Part shown: piece after piece, positions 39,301-52,145 of the stretch | Position numbering within the stretch: the stretch's first letter is position 1 | How the letters are laid out: each line of letters starts with the position of its first letter | Source: Haliotis cracherodii | Taxonomy: Eukaryota | Direction of reading: 5' to 3' | Assembly (NCBI RefSeq): GCF_022045235.1 | Contig: NW_027266266.1 | Coordinates: 24,862,001-24,926,000, forward strand | DNA length: 64,000 nucleotides | Notes under the pieces: generated by a model | The model's database searches: none | The model's input: the letters and a program-made list of their open reading frames with translations, nothing else | Told to the model about the DNA's origin: nothing | Program-made: the position numbers and the translations under genes

Positions 39301-39666
39301 GAAACATTTTTATATGAACGGGGCGGACAGCACCTATTCCTATTCGTGGCGGGGAATAAAAACAACGAAACCAATGGTCATATTATTTAAATCTTACGCT
39401 GGAATAATACCGTTTTATAAACACAAAACACTAAAACATTATGGCAATACATTGTGTGGCTCCAGAATATGTAGTGAAATGAAAACTAACAGATGCAAGA
39501 CTGTTTTCTTCAAAATAAATGCTACGAACATTCATCATAAATACCTTGCACACATTTGAAGCTAAATAAAAACCACCGTAATAAAACAACACCCGTGACA
39601 CATGTGCTGACCTGACGTTAATGTTTTGTTGCTACCAGAGAAATATGATGCATTATCTTTAAAGTA

Positions 39667-40683
39667 TACTCGGACCCCATGGTACCGCGGCATTCATCGT
39701 ATCGAGGCATTTGTGATTTCTGATAGTTCACGCGGGACACGCCTCTTAGCGGCTGTCCATTAATGCAAATCGGTAACCAGGAAGTGCTCACTTCGTAAAC
39801 AATTTCAATTTCCTCGGAATGTTCCGTCTGCTATAAGTAAGGAGTTATTAATCCGTCAATATATATTTCTGGCATCTGTTGTAATATTGCCTTACCCCCA
39901 TCTATCAATGGCCAACGATATAACCCGCAGTTCCCCAAGTAAACTTTCTCGATCGACCTGAACTTGATCATCTGCATATTCATGGCGACTAATGAGGTAA
40001 CCGAAATTACGTAGTCCGCACATTTTTTCCCGCTCTGTGCCCAGAATCTATTGGGAGATCATAAGGGCCATAATGCCAAACATAGAAATACGTTCTTCAC
40101 TAGAAGTCAAAAGATAAATACATACTTTGGGCATACTAGGAGTGCTTTTTATATATTTATTGTTGACTTTTAACATTTTTCCATTTTGTGACAAATTATT
40201 GTCATCCAATTTTTTTTAAACAATCTTAAAATATCATTTCTGATATTTTGTTGTTGACTTACAAAAATATTTTTCTCTTACTTTTCGGTAAAAATGCATT
40301 GAATACCTATTGCTGATAACACATTTAGAATTTTACTTGTGCTGTCTTTGCACTTGTCTGGACAAATCACTGATGTCATGCATGATCATACCAAGTGGTT
40401 GGTAGAATTATGTCCTCTTTTTGTCCAATTCGGACCTCCATACACAACTTTTCTCTGTACCGCGATACGATGGAGTTCTCACCCTTGTCAAACAGAGCGC
40501 GAGGCCCGGCTTTTACTCGGAGCTACTAATGTGAATAATGAACTTTTATCAGTAAAATATGCATTGTTTGATAAAATGAATGATATCTGATACAGAGAAC
40601 ACGAATAATCATAAAGGTTAGAGAGAGCATTTTGTTCTGTTTAGCGTACATGACAAGTACCGCGATACCCCGAGGTTACAGGC
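39667..40683. mobile_element. Unclassified ~1.0-kb non-coding insertion flanked by TA
   Basis: Empty site aaagTAcaac in units 1 and 5; here aaagTA[1017 bp]TAcaac. Ends only weakly inverted (GGTACCGCGG vs reverse-complement GGTATCGCGG at the same offset). Confidence 0.75.
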
Positions 40684-42914
40684 TACAACAGATACATTCC
40701 CGTGAATATCCTTAAAATGGACACACAAGGATGAAGTTCCTCAACAAAATGGAACTGTTACATTTAGAAACAAGTACTAGTACTTATACTGGTAAACCTA
40801 CAGTCAGTTTCTGACATTCATACAATTGTATCAACCTGCAAGTTGAACTTGAAACAAGAGAACTGACACGCGACAACAAAATTGTTACTTAAATCTGAAA
40901 ATATCAAAATACAAGTAGTAACCATGATAATACAATCTACAGAACAATTAATAAAATCAGAGTCTTGGATTGAATATGTCCATATCTTTGAGTGAGTGTC
41001 TTCACCCATTTGTTGTTTGTTTATTTGTTGTTTAACGCAACACTCGGCAATATTCCAACTATATACGACGGCGGTTTGTAAATAATCGAGTCTGGACCAG
41101 ACAATCCAGTGATGGATATCATGAGCATCAACCAAGTCAACGAGCCTGACAACCGACAACAAGCATATTCATCTTACGTCAAGCATAGGTTGCTGAAGAC
41201 CTATTCTCACCGGGATATTTACGAGTTTCAACTAGTGTTTGACACAATTGGGTGAGGAAGAGAATATATGGATTTCAACTGCTTTATTATGAGGATCACA
41301 ACGTTTCGGAGTATATACTTTCTCCTTCATCAGGTGTAGCAGCAGTTGAACCAGTTTACGGTACACCATCATATCATCGGTAATCAAGGTCAACTGGATT
41401 ATCTCCCCTTAATTATTAACATAAATAATGAAATACGACTATAACCATCAGAACAAAGTTGCATCAATTATGACTACGGCTGGGGCGAGATCAAATTTAC
41501 TACCCGGGTACCCACCCCCCTGTTACCCGGCCCTACCCCGGTATCTGCTGTAGGTCTCAAGAGATTTGACCAAATGTCCGATTGGGAATAGTTTGACCGT
41601 ATTTAGATACCCGTATAAAAGGAACTTGTCATGCACACACTGAAGTTGACGGAAGTTTTATCTTTATTCAAACACATAAAGTCAGAAGGAATGCGTGGCT
41701 AGTCAGAAAGAAATGTGAACATTTGTGACTAGTAGTGTTACCATGGTGTTCTAGATAATTTTGCCATTAAACAATATATCACGTGACTAACCAAGGGTCC
41801 GGGTAGTCCTGTGAGTACCCGGTTCCTACACAGTACCCACCCGACCCGAGTACCCGAGTTACCCGTCCCAGCCCTAACTATGACTTAACTTCTCCTCGCC
41901 CCGTTACCCAAACAGTAACAGGCTCCTTACTTCTTTGGTGTAGACACAAAATGCACTATACCTTCTTCGTGTGCATAATTAATGTCCAGAAAGTTGAATA
42001 GTCTTGCAATTTGTGCCGCCAAAGTAGTAAAACTGAAAAAAACCATACATTACTGAATAGCAAAAGGCACAGGTTCAGTATTTGTCTGGTGAGTATACAA
42101 AGTTTTATCTTAATGTCACCATTTATCAATGGTTTATGATTAATGTTCTGGAAAAGAACTCTACCATGAACAAAGTCATGAATAGAAAATGGCACTTTCC
42201 TGCTCTGTTTGCCGGGGCTGACTACTGTTGTGCTAACAATTACTTGGGAAGGTGTCCATTGCTGTTATTTAACCAGTTCACTTCTCCTTCACTTTCAAAA
42301 CCTATACATGAAGGTCGAGAGTTATCAGTTCTGAAGAGTGTGTCCAGTCAAGTCCACAACGACCGTTTCAATTATTTATTTTCCTGTATTCCAAAGATTT
42401 TTAACATCATATCTTATACAGGAGCCTATTAACTGCTGGATTTTGATGCTCTGCGTCGTCGCTATTGTCTTGTCTGATATGCATACAATCTATACAACTC
42501 AGCAGCGAGAGAAACTAACAGTTTTAGTCAACTAGTCCTTATAATGGTAACATATAGCAAAGCCCTTTAAAAGTGCAAATTTCTACTTGTAATAATGATA
42601 CTTTAACAACTGGGTCCCAGTCTGGCGAGGACTAACCTACTAGAGCCAATGTCTAACGCTGCTCAGTGTGGACTCACTCGTTTTTAACCACCCAACAACT
42701 GAAAACATTACTGGGATCCTGACTTGCGTAGAGCATAAAGAAAACCAGTCAAGCTGTCACGTGATACTATGACCGTCTCGCGAGATTGATGACGTCGCCA
42801 TGACGACACTTCACTACTGATATCGCCATTGCTGTGATCATCATACTGCTATCATCTTGCTACTATTTTGCTGCCATTTGCCTCGTATTTCGCTCATCTT
42901 CGTCTGCTTACGAC

Positions 42915-45406
42915 ATGAGCTCCTACGCCCAAGGTATGTCATTACTTCTACATTAGTAAGTTTGGCTTTTTTTTCTTTCTTTAATGACTTATTTACTTAC
43001 TTGACTCTGAAGTAGGCCTAGATCTAGCCGATGGAAAAGAAGAAACTTCCAGAACAAACTGCCATGAAAGATGATCACTTGTCCAGTGTTCAGATCTTTT
43101 CCACGTTAATTGAGGCCAATTTTTCTGCCTTTTCCACAAACACATTCGTGTTTTAGTATATAAGTGAGGTTTCTGTAAATGTTTTCCAGCAGGCATGGTC
43201 AAATATTAGTAGTCATGTATGGATATAGGTTACCTGTCATTAATAGTTGAGGTAGTGTTGGTTGCCAGGCTGTTTCTGCTAATAGGATGTTGGACTTCTA
43301 CAATTGTTTATAGAACTGTTCAATACGTAAACACAAACGTATTGTAAACTATTTGTAGCCTTGAACTTCAGTCCTCTCCAAACTGCCCAATAGTTAAGGC
43401 ATCATAAAAGAAGGAAATTTGCCATTTTTAAAGTTTTGCTATATGTTATCATTATAAGGACTAGTGAATAGGGCTGGGACGAGTCCAAATTTACTACCCG
43501 GGTACCCATCCCCCTATTACTCGATTGTCGGTACAGATTGTCCGATTGGGAATAGTTTGCCCTGCCAAAATGTATTTAGATACACATTTAAAACGATCTG
43601 GTCAACACCAAAGTTGACTGACGTTTTATCTTTATTCAAACATATGAAAGTCAGAAGGAATGTGTGCATAGTCCGAAAGAAATGCGAACATTAGTGACTT
43701 GTAGTGTAACCATAGAGTTCTAACCACTGAGTTTTTTATCATTAAACAATATATGACGTGACTAACCACGGGTCTGGGTAGTCCTGTGGGTACCCGGGTC
43801 CAACTCAGCACCCACCCGACCCGAGTTACCGTCCCAGCCCTACTAGTGGACTACAATGTTTCTACCTGCCTTAGATATAGTTTACATGCCATTAATTAGT
43901 GAGTTGGTGTTTGGTTTCCAATGATGTTTCCAATCCAGTTTATTGTCGGTCTCTACAATGGTTTATTGAATTGTTCAACAGGTATCCACAACAATCAAAT
44001 ACCAATGATCATACATTTCAGTAGTAGCTCAATATCAACATACTGTGTAAAATTGTGACTGAAATGTGTACTCTCCGAAGAATAAGAAATCACTTTTCTA
44101 AACTTTAACTCCAACACTGACAACATCATCGGTAATGTTCAATTACTATTAAATACAAGGACTTTCCACTGGTCTGTATCCTGTAACATTGGGGATAAAG
44201 CACATTGTCTTGCAGTTGCAGTGACTGACTGACAATGGTGTACAAAAAACAGGACATATACTTATGTTCGTTTGTGCTATTATCTAAAAAAACACTTGAC
44301 AGTTGAAGAAAGGAAATAAAATCCTGGTCACTGCTTTTTTAACACATCCAACTCGTACCTTTTCTGCAGTCTACACCAATACAAATATATTTCTACTTTT
44401 AGCCCAACCTGTAGTAAGCAGTTCCTTCATATGTTCATGTTATCACATATCGTAAATATTCTCTTACATCTCTTAATGTCCCAAAGCTGTTTACCTAATA
44501 ATACAATGATTGTGTATTGTGTACCAAAGGTTTGTGTATTTTTTTGTTATTGGCATCTAATAATTGGCAGTGTAACTTGTATTTACCACAATCTGTATAT
44601 CCTAGCTGTTTTGCCAAAAAACTACTAAGTAATCATCACCTTCACATTTTAGTGTGTAATACATTTACCCCAATGACTTTGGATCAACAGAATAACTGTT
44701 AACATTTTTTTAAATTTGTTCATATACTGTTCAATTGATTCTGTCTTGTTTATCCCTATTTAAGACTCTCATACCTTCTTACTTGACAGCTGTTGACCTC
44801 GTGATCAGGTTCCCCTTGAACTTTGACATCTGGGCCCCTCCTCGCCAAGTGGGTGTCTTAGGAATCAGTACTTTGCTAGAGTTGTTGTAAAATTTGAAAT
44901 TGGTTCTTGTATTTCTGACTATTTCATGAGTGTATGGACTATATAATCTCTATATAACAATTATCTATATAATCTTCAACTAAGACACATAATATTGACT
45001 TGCAAACTAATGTAAATGTGGAGTAATAACCACACATCTTTGTCACTAACGTTCTCCTGACATTATGCATGAGCAGCCCTTAAATTCAATCAATTTCCAG
45101 CATCTACCCTCATCTTTCTCTACTTGCTACTTAAATCTTCTCTCACTCTCTACATGTCCTTCTCTCCCTCCCTGTCAGCATCGTCCTGGGAGATACATGA
45201 CCATCCTTGACCCCCTGTCAGAGCTGCCCACCCCTCTCACCTCTTTCCCTGCCCCTCTCTCTACCCCCGTCCTCCGTGATGCCCCTCACTTCGTCGATAT
45301 CAACCTCGATGATGACGACACCCCTACCCAGTCCCCAGTTCGAGTCATCCTGTCACGTGTGTCCGGATTCTTGAGGAGAGTGTTCCGTGTCAAGTTGGAC
45401 GCTTAG
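42915..45406 (+). CDS. Uncharacterised 101-aa protein, copy 3 (exons 42915-42933, 44790-44848, 45179-45406)
   Basis: Same structure. MSSYAQ...LRDAPHFVDINL...KLDA. Confidence 0.75.
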
Positions 45407-48400
45407 AGTGACATCTTGCTACCTCTTGGACGATGTGTCATATAATAATTAATTATATTAAAACATAAATACAAGATATTTTGTGCTTTTGGCAGTTTTG
45501 GACACTTTGGAACTTTTTTTTAACTTTTTGTACCTTTCGGACATTTTGTGCTTTTGGCTTTTTTCAATTACACATTTTGGCCCTTTCGAGTGTTCCGTGT
45601 CAAGATGGACGCTTGGAGTGACATCTTACTAATTCTTGGACGCTGTGTCATATAATAATTAATTACATTCAATCATAAATACAAGATATTTTGTGCTTTT
45701 GGCAGTTTTTCTACTTTTCGGACCCTTCGGACACTTTTTATGCTTTTGGTTGTTTTTTTCCCCAGAAATATACGCTATTTGTATTATACGTTTAAAGACG
45801 TATAGTTTGATTTACACATTTAGGCACTTTTGGACAAGGTATTAACGTCTATTTTATTTGATTAAATCGATTACCAATCAATATTAACTATTAAAGATTG
45901 TCTTTAGTTTTTAGCCCCTTTGCTTTGTCTTTTGTTAAATAACACACGATCTTGAAAATCAATCAAGCAACGCGTGGTATGTGCAGACACTGCATATAAC
46001 GTTTATAGCATCATATATTGTTCGTGTGGACTCATCACAACAGATAGTGACAGATTCTGACTCGATTCTTTGCATCTCTCTCAACATATTTGCTACAGCA
46101 TATAACATAGACTTACAATACTAAGAGTGCCAGGTGCCCTGTTGGTACGCGGGATTCGGGGTCTATTTAAAGGGTATTCAGCAGTGTGGTACGCGGGACG
46201 CAAATAAAATCGTATTTGATACGCAGATTCAACATCTCTAAAATAAAAGGTGTAGGTTACAAAATCCTTTACATATCATATTTTTTTCTGTGATTAGTTC
46301 TTTAATTGCACCCTTTTCTCAATGCTTTTGACTGTTGCGGTAAGTAGTATTCGAGATTCGGGGGTGAGCAATTGCACCCTCAATACTTGTACCACTAAGA
46401 TCAATTTGTGCATACAGTCCCTGGAGTCTGTACTGAACTCCGGTAACGAAGTCACATGACTCAAATTAGATCCCAGATTAGTTCTGCCCTACTACTGCTG
46501 AACACTGGATTTGATTAAAATGGTACATAAATGACAATCATAATTTAGAGACCGTAGTGAGTAAGTTTGGTTTAACGCGGCTTTGACGCAGGTTACAGGC
46601 GGATAGCACTAGCACGGGTATAGTGCTGACAGAGCAGGGGTCAATACCAAGGAGAATCCAAGATTCGAACCCACGATCATTTGGTCCTGGTACAGTGACC
46701 GACGCAACTGCACAGATACAAAACATCCCTTGGCCACCCTGCCCCTTTGCATATTCGAAATAATGCTAGAGTAGCTGGTCCTATGTCCTAGAGTTCCTTG
46801 ATTTCCTATGTAGCTGTACTAAAGAGGAGGCGCATTCATCGACTATTGGTACAAGTTTATAGAAATCTTCCGGCCATATCACGACGATGGACATCAAGTC
46901 ACTAGCTTCAAATGTAGTCTGTCTTTGAATATACGAAAGTGTGTGAGTGAGTGAATGTTCTTCAGTAATATTTCAGCTATATCAAAGAAGTCTGTAAAGT
47001 AATCGAGTCTGGACCAGGGAAACCAGTGGTTGACAGCATTAGCAACGACCCACACGGTCGAAGCACGGTCGAGTGGGGGGGGATTATTCTACCCAGCAAT
47101 CTCCAAGTGGGGTTAGTAACTCAGGGTCCCCGTTTTATTTCTACACGATTCCATTTGAATCGCCACTGAATTGGCAGCCAAAGTTGAGACCAGTTTTTAC
47201 GTTACGATATGCAAATTCGTGTAAAACGTCACAACATGTCAGTTAGTGTATCAATATTGGATCAGATATGTGTCCTGTGTCAAACGCTGCGTTAAATAGA
47301 TAATATTGATAATGTCACTGATTCATTTCCAGTGTGCTCAGAGAGATCGGATGACCTCGAGTTGATATACAACAGGCGAAACACCGATTACAGATAAAGA
47401 ATTTCGTCAAAAAATACTGTGTCAAATGTTGTTGGCTCATTATTGTATCACAGTTAACTTTGTTCATATATTTTTGCCGTCTGTTCACAGGAAGATCCGA
47501 AGCCAACCCCTCCACTCGCTAGTGGTGTATCACTGAGAAGCCTTCATCCCCATCTGATGTGTATCGCGCCTGTTATAAACACGTATCAGTGAAACATTTA
47601 ATAAAATTCTGCTGTGAATGTTAATCTGTTGTGTGCTTCTTTGTAGCTCTGTTCAAATTCTTATGGTGTTATTATCACTTGAGTGAGTGAGTGAATTGGG
47701 TCTAAAGCTGCGTTTGCAAAGTGTGGAATGCAGGTCTTAAGCGCATACAGTTTAAGTGAAACCCACGGGATTCGAACCCATGGTCATAGGATTCTTACAC
47801 GCCAAAGGCGACCAACATTTGGACGTGTTGTATCCTTGGTGAATGTAACTAAATACCAGTGGAAAGAAGGTACCTAACATTCTATAACCAGTGATTATAT
47901 AGGATTATTTTGTCAGACCATCCAGCACAGCAAGTGTTCTAAAAGTAAAACCCGAGGACATTATTTGTTTTCAGGACACAGAATGTCAGAAAAATAATAA
48001 AAACAGTCCTTTCATTTTGGACTACACTCTTCGGTAAGTTAATCAGACTCGTCATTCATATAAGAGACCACTTAAATCGGTGGAAAGTCACGGTGAAACA
48101 AACTGGTTAAAGTTACTGTGGCGTCTGTGCCATGTACCCGTATAAGGGCGCTATTTATCATCAATATTGCACGGGGAGAATCAAGAAGAACTACCCTGTT
48201 CGACACCATCGTTTATTCTCCCCAAGGGAAGTAACTCTCATCGGTACACCATCTCCGGTAAAGGCCAACGGGATTATCTCCCTTAAAAAATACAACTATA
48301 ACCGTCAGATACGGATCAAAGTTACAGCAATTGTAACCAAACTACTCGCCACATCAACCTTATCTTTTTAAAGTGAACAAAACGCACTTTGAAACATTTT

Positions 48401-48919
48401 TGTATGAACGGTGTACCGTGTTATAGTATTGTCCACGGCGCCGTCACAAAACACTAAAACATTATGGCAATGCATTGTGTGGCTCCAGAATATGTAGTGA
48501 AATGTAAACTAACAGATGCAAGACTGTTTTCTTCAAAATAAATGCTACGAACATTCATCATAAATACCTTGCACACATTTGATGCTTAATAATAACCACC
48601 GTAATAAAACAACACCCGTGGCACATGTGCTTACCTGACGTTAATGTTTTGTTGCTACCAGAGAAATATGATGCATTCTCAATAAAGTTTAACAAATACA
48701 TTCCCCTGAATATCCTTAAAATTGGCACACAAGGATGAAGTTCCTCAACAAAATGGAAATGTTACATTTAGAAACAAGTACTAGCACTTATACTGGTAAA
48801 CCTACAGTCAGTTTCTGACATACATACAATTGTATCAACCTGCAAGTTGAACTTGAAACAAGAGAACTGACATGTGACAACAAAATTGTTACTTAAATCT
48901 GAAAATACCATAATACATG

Positions 48920-50392
48920 TGTTACACTTGCCGGGAAGCAAGGTGAGATGCAGCCACGAACCTGTGGGGAAGAATAACGCAAAGATAATAGCTGATGTTC
49001 ACTCGGTGCTTTACTGTCAAAAATGGCGAGTCTCATAAAGGCAAAGCCCATTCAACATATGTATCACCAAACGGTTACACAAATAATCGGTTACATGTTG
49101 ATAACATCGTGTAGTGTGTACTACAATCTATATACTTTCATTGCTTGTTGTCTAGGGGTATATTTACTTAATGAAAGTACAAACAACTCTGCACCAAGAG
49201 CACATGGCAATTACCGAATGGCACTATAAAGAACTACCAAGTAACTACAATTCAATTGGAACAACCACTGTGTATTACAGAACAAGATAATCCAGAAATG
49301 CCTGGCATATTAATGATCATCAAGACACTGAATATGCATCTTTGTAATGCTAAACTGCTGTTGTTACATACAAGGTAACAATACTGATTCAGTCTTATGC
49401 AGTTACTTTAATATTCCAATGTCAACTTGATTATTGATTATCTTGTTTATATAAAAAGTAATATTTAAACAACACTTTTGTGCTTAACAATAAATTTCAA
49501 AACTAAAACAATTAACAGATTCTGACAGGAGATGACCCATTTCACACAGGCTGTTATTGTTTATCATGACGATGAGATACTACTTCCAGAAATTCCCTGC
49601 AATTATCGCTAGTTGCATGAACATTTAAGCTTATTCCTTGGTATACTACTGTCATTAAATATAATTCCAAATACAGAACAACTTCCTTCCTACACATGCC
49701 AAAAACAGTTAAAAGAGATGAAAACACTCGGAGCAATTGTTTACACATGGGCGCAGCCATCTTGAAACTCTCAGCGCCCTTAGCGGAAGGAAGATAACTC
49801 TTCCTGGCATAACATGCCGACTAATATAAACCATTGAATGTGGAACTTAGATGAATTGATTGACTTATTAACTACTAATCATACTCCTGGGAAACATCAA
49901 AAATATCTAACATTCCTATATAATAATAGTATTTGATGGCTTAGAATATACACAATTTACATCAACTTGACTGGTCACGTTACCCGTGAGGCCGGTGCAG
50001 TCTGACCCTGAACTTGCCTAGCTAATTCTAGCGCTTTCACAATTTGTACAAACCTATCACCTACATATATAGAACCTTGGACTTATAATAAATGTTTATG
50101 TATGTATATTGATGTGGTAATTACCTGTGGGGAAGAATAACGCAAAGATAATAGCTGATGTTCACTCGGTGCTTTACTGTCAAAAATGGCGAGTCTCATG
50201 AAGGCAAAGATGAGAACCCCTTAGTTGAAATACCATATAAGGACGTGCTTACATAGAGTTGCTTCCCCTTTGACCACGGTTGACACGATAAAGAATGCCA
50301 TAGCTGCAGTAATTGAGTGACGAACTATTAGATTTTGTGGGCCCCCCTTTTTAAATGCAACATTAAAATAAAGCAATTTACCACATGTTACA
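48920..50392 (-). mobile_element. Solo LTR (1473 bp) of the same Gypsy family
   Basis: TGTTACA...TGTTACA flanked by CATG TSD (48916-48919, 50393-50396) at exactly the same unit position as the full element in unit 2. Confidence 0.96.
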
Positions 50393-52145
50393 CATGTAGT
50401 AACCATGATAATACAATCTACAGAACAATTAATATAATCAGCGTCTTTGACTGAATATGTCCATATCTTTGAGTGAGTATCTTCACCCATTTGTTGTTTG
50501 TTTATTTGTTGTTTAACGCAACACTCGGCAATATTCCAACTATTTACAACGGCGGTTTGTAAATAATGGAGTCTGGACCAGACAATCCAGTGATGGATAT
50601 CATGAGCATCAACCAAGTCAACGAGCCTGACAACCGATCCGTTAGTCGCCTCTTACAACAAGCATATTCATCTTACGTCAAGCAGAGGTTGCTGAAGACC
50701 TGAAGAACTAGTTTTTGACACAATTGGGTGAGGAAGAGAATATATGGATTTCAACTACTTTATTATGAGGAACACAACGTTTCGGAGTATATACTTTCTC
50801 CTTCATCAGGTGTAGCAGCAGTTGAACCAGTTTACGGTACACCATCATATCATCGGTAATCAAGGTCAACTGGATTATCTCCCCTTTATTACTAACACAA
50901 ATAATGAAATACGACTATAACCATCAGAACAAAGTTGCATCAATTATGACTAGGGCTGAGGCGAGTCCAAATTTACTACCCGGGTACCCACCCCCCTGTT
51001 ACCCTGCCCTACCCCGGTATCCGCTGTAGGTCTCAAGAGATTTGACCAAATGATTGGGAATAGTTTGACCGTATTTAGATTCTCGTATAAAACGAACTTG
51101 TTATGCACACACTGGAGTTGACGGAAGTTTTATCTTTATTCAAACACATAAAGTCAGAAGGAATACGTGGCTAGTCAGAAAGAAATGTGAACATTTGTGA
51201 CTAGTAGTGTAACCATGGTGTTCTAGATAATTTTGCCATTAAACAATATACCACGTGACTAACCACGGGTCTGGGTAGTCCTGTGAGTACAAACTGAAAA
51301 AACCCATACATTACTGAATAGCAAAAGGCACAGGTTAAGCATTTGTCTGGTGAGAATACAAAGTTTTATCTAAATGTCACCATATATCAACGGTTTATGA
51401 TTAATGTTCTGGAAAAGAACTCTACCTTGAACGAAAATAGAAAATGGCACTTTCCTGCTCTGTTTGCTGGGGCTGACTACTGTTGTGCTAACAATTACTT
51501 AGGAAGGTGTCCATTGCTGTTATTTAACCAGTTCACTTCTCCTTCACTTTCAAAGCCTATATATGAAGGTCGAGAGTTAACAGTTCTGAAGAGTGAGTCC
51601 AGTCAAGTCCACAACGACCGTTTCAATTATTTATTTTCCTGTATTCCAAAGATTTTTAACATCATATCTTATACAGAAGCCTATTGGCTGCTGGATTTTG
51701 ATGCTCTGCGTCGTCGCTATTGTCTTGTCTGATATGCATACTAACAGTTTTAGTCAACTAGTCCTTATAATGGTAACATATAGCAAAGCCCTTTAAAAGT
51801 GCAAATTTCTACTTGTAATAATGATACTTTAACAACTGGGTCCCAGTCTGGCGAGGACTAACCTACTAGAGCCAATGTCTAACGCTGCTCTGTGTGAACT
51901 CACTCGTTTTGAACCACCCAACAACTGAAAACATTACTGGGATCCTGACTTGCGTAGAGCAAAAAGAAAACCAGTCAAGCTGTCACGTCACGTGATACTA
52001 TGACCGTCTCGCGAGATTTATGACGTCGCCATGACGACACTGCACTACTGATATCGCCATTGTTGTGATCATCATACTGCTATCATCTTGCTACTATTTT
52101 GCTGCCATTTGCCTCGTATTTCGCTCATCTTCGTCTGCTTACGAC

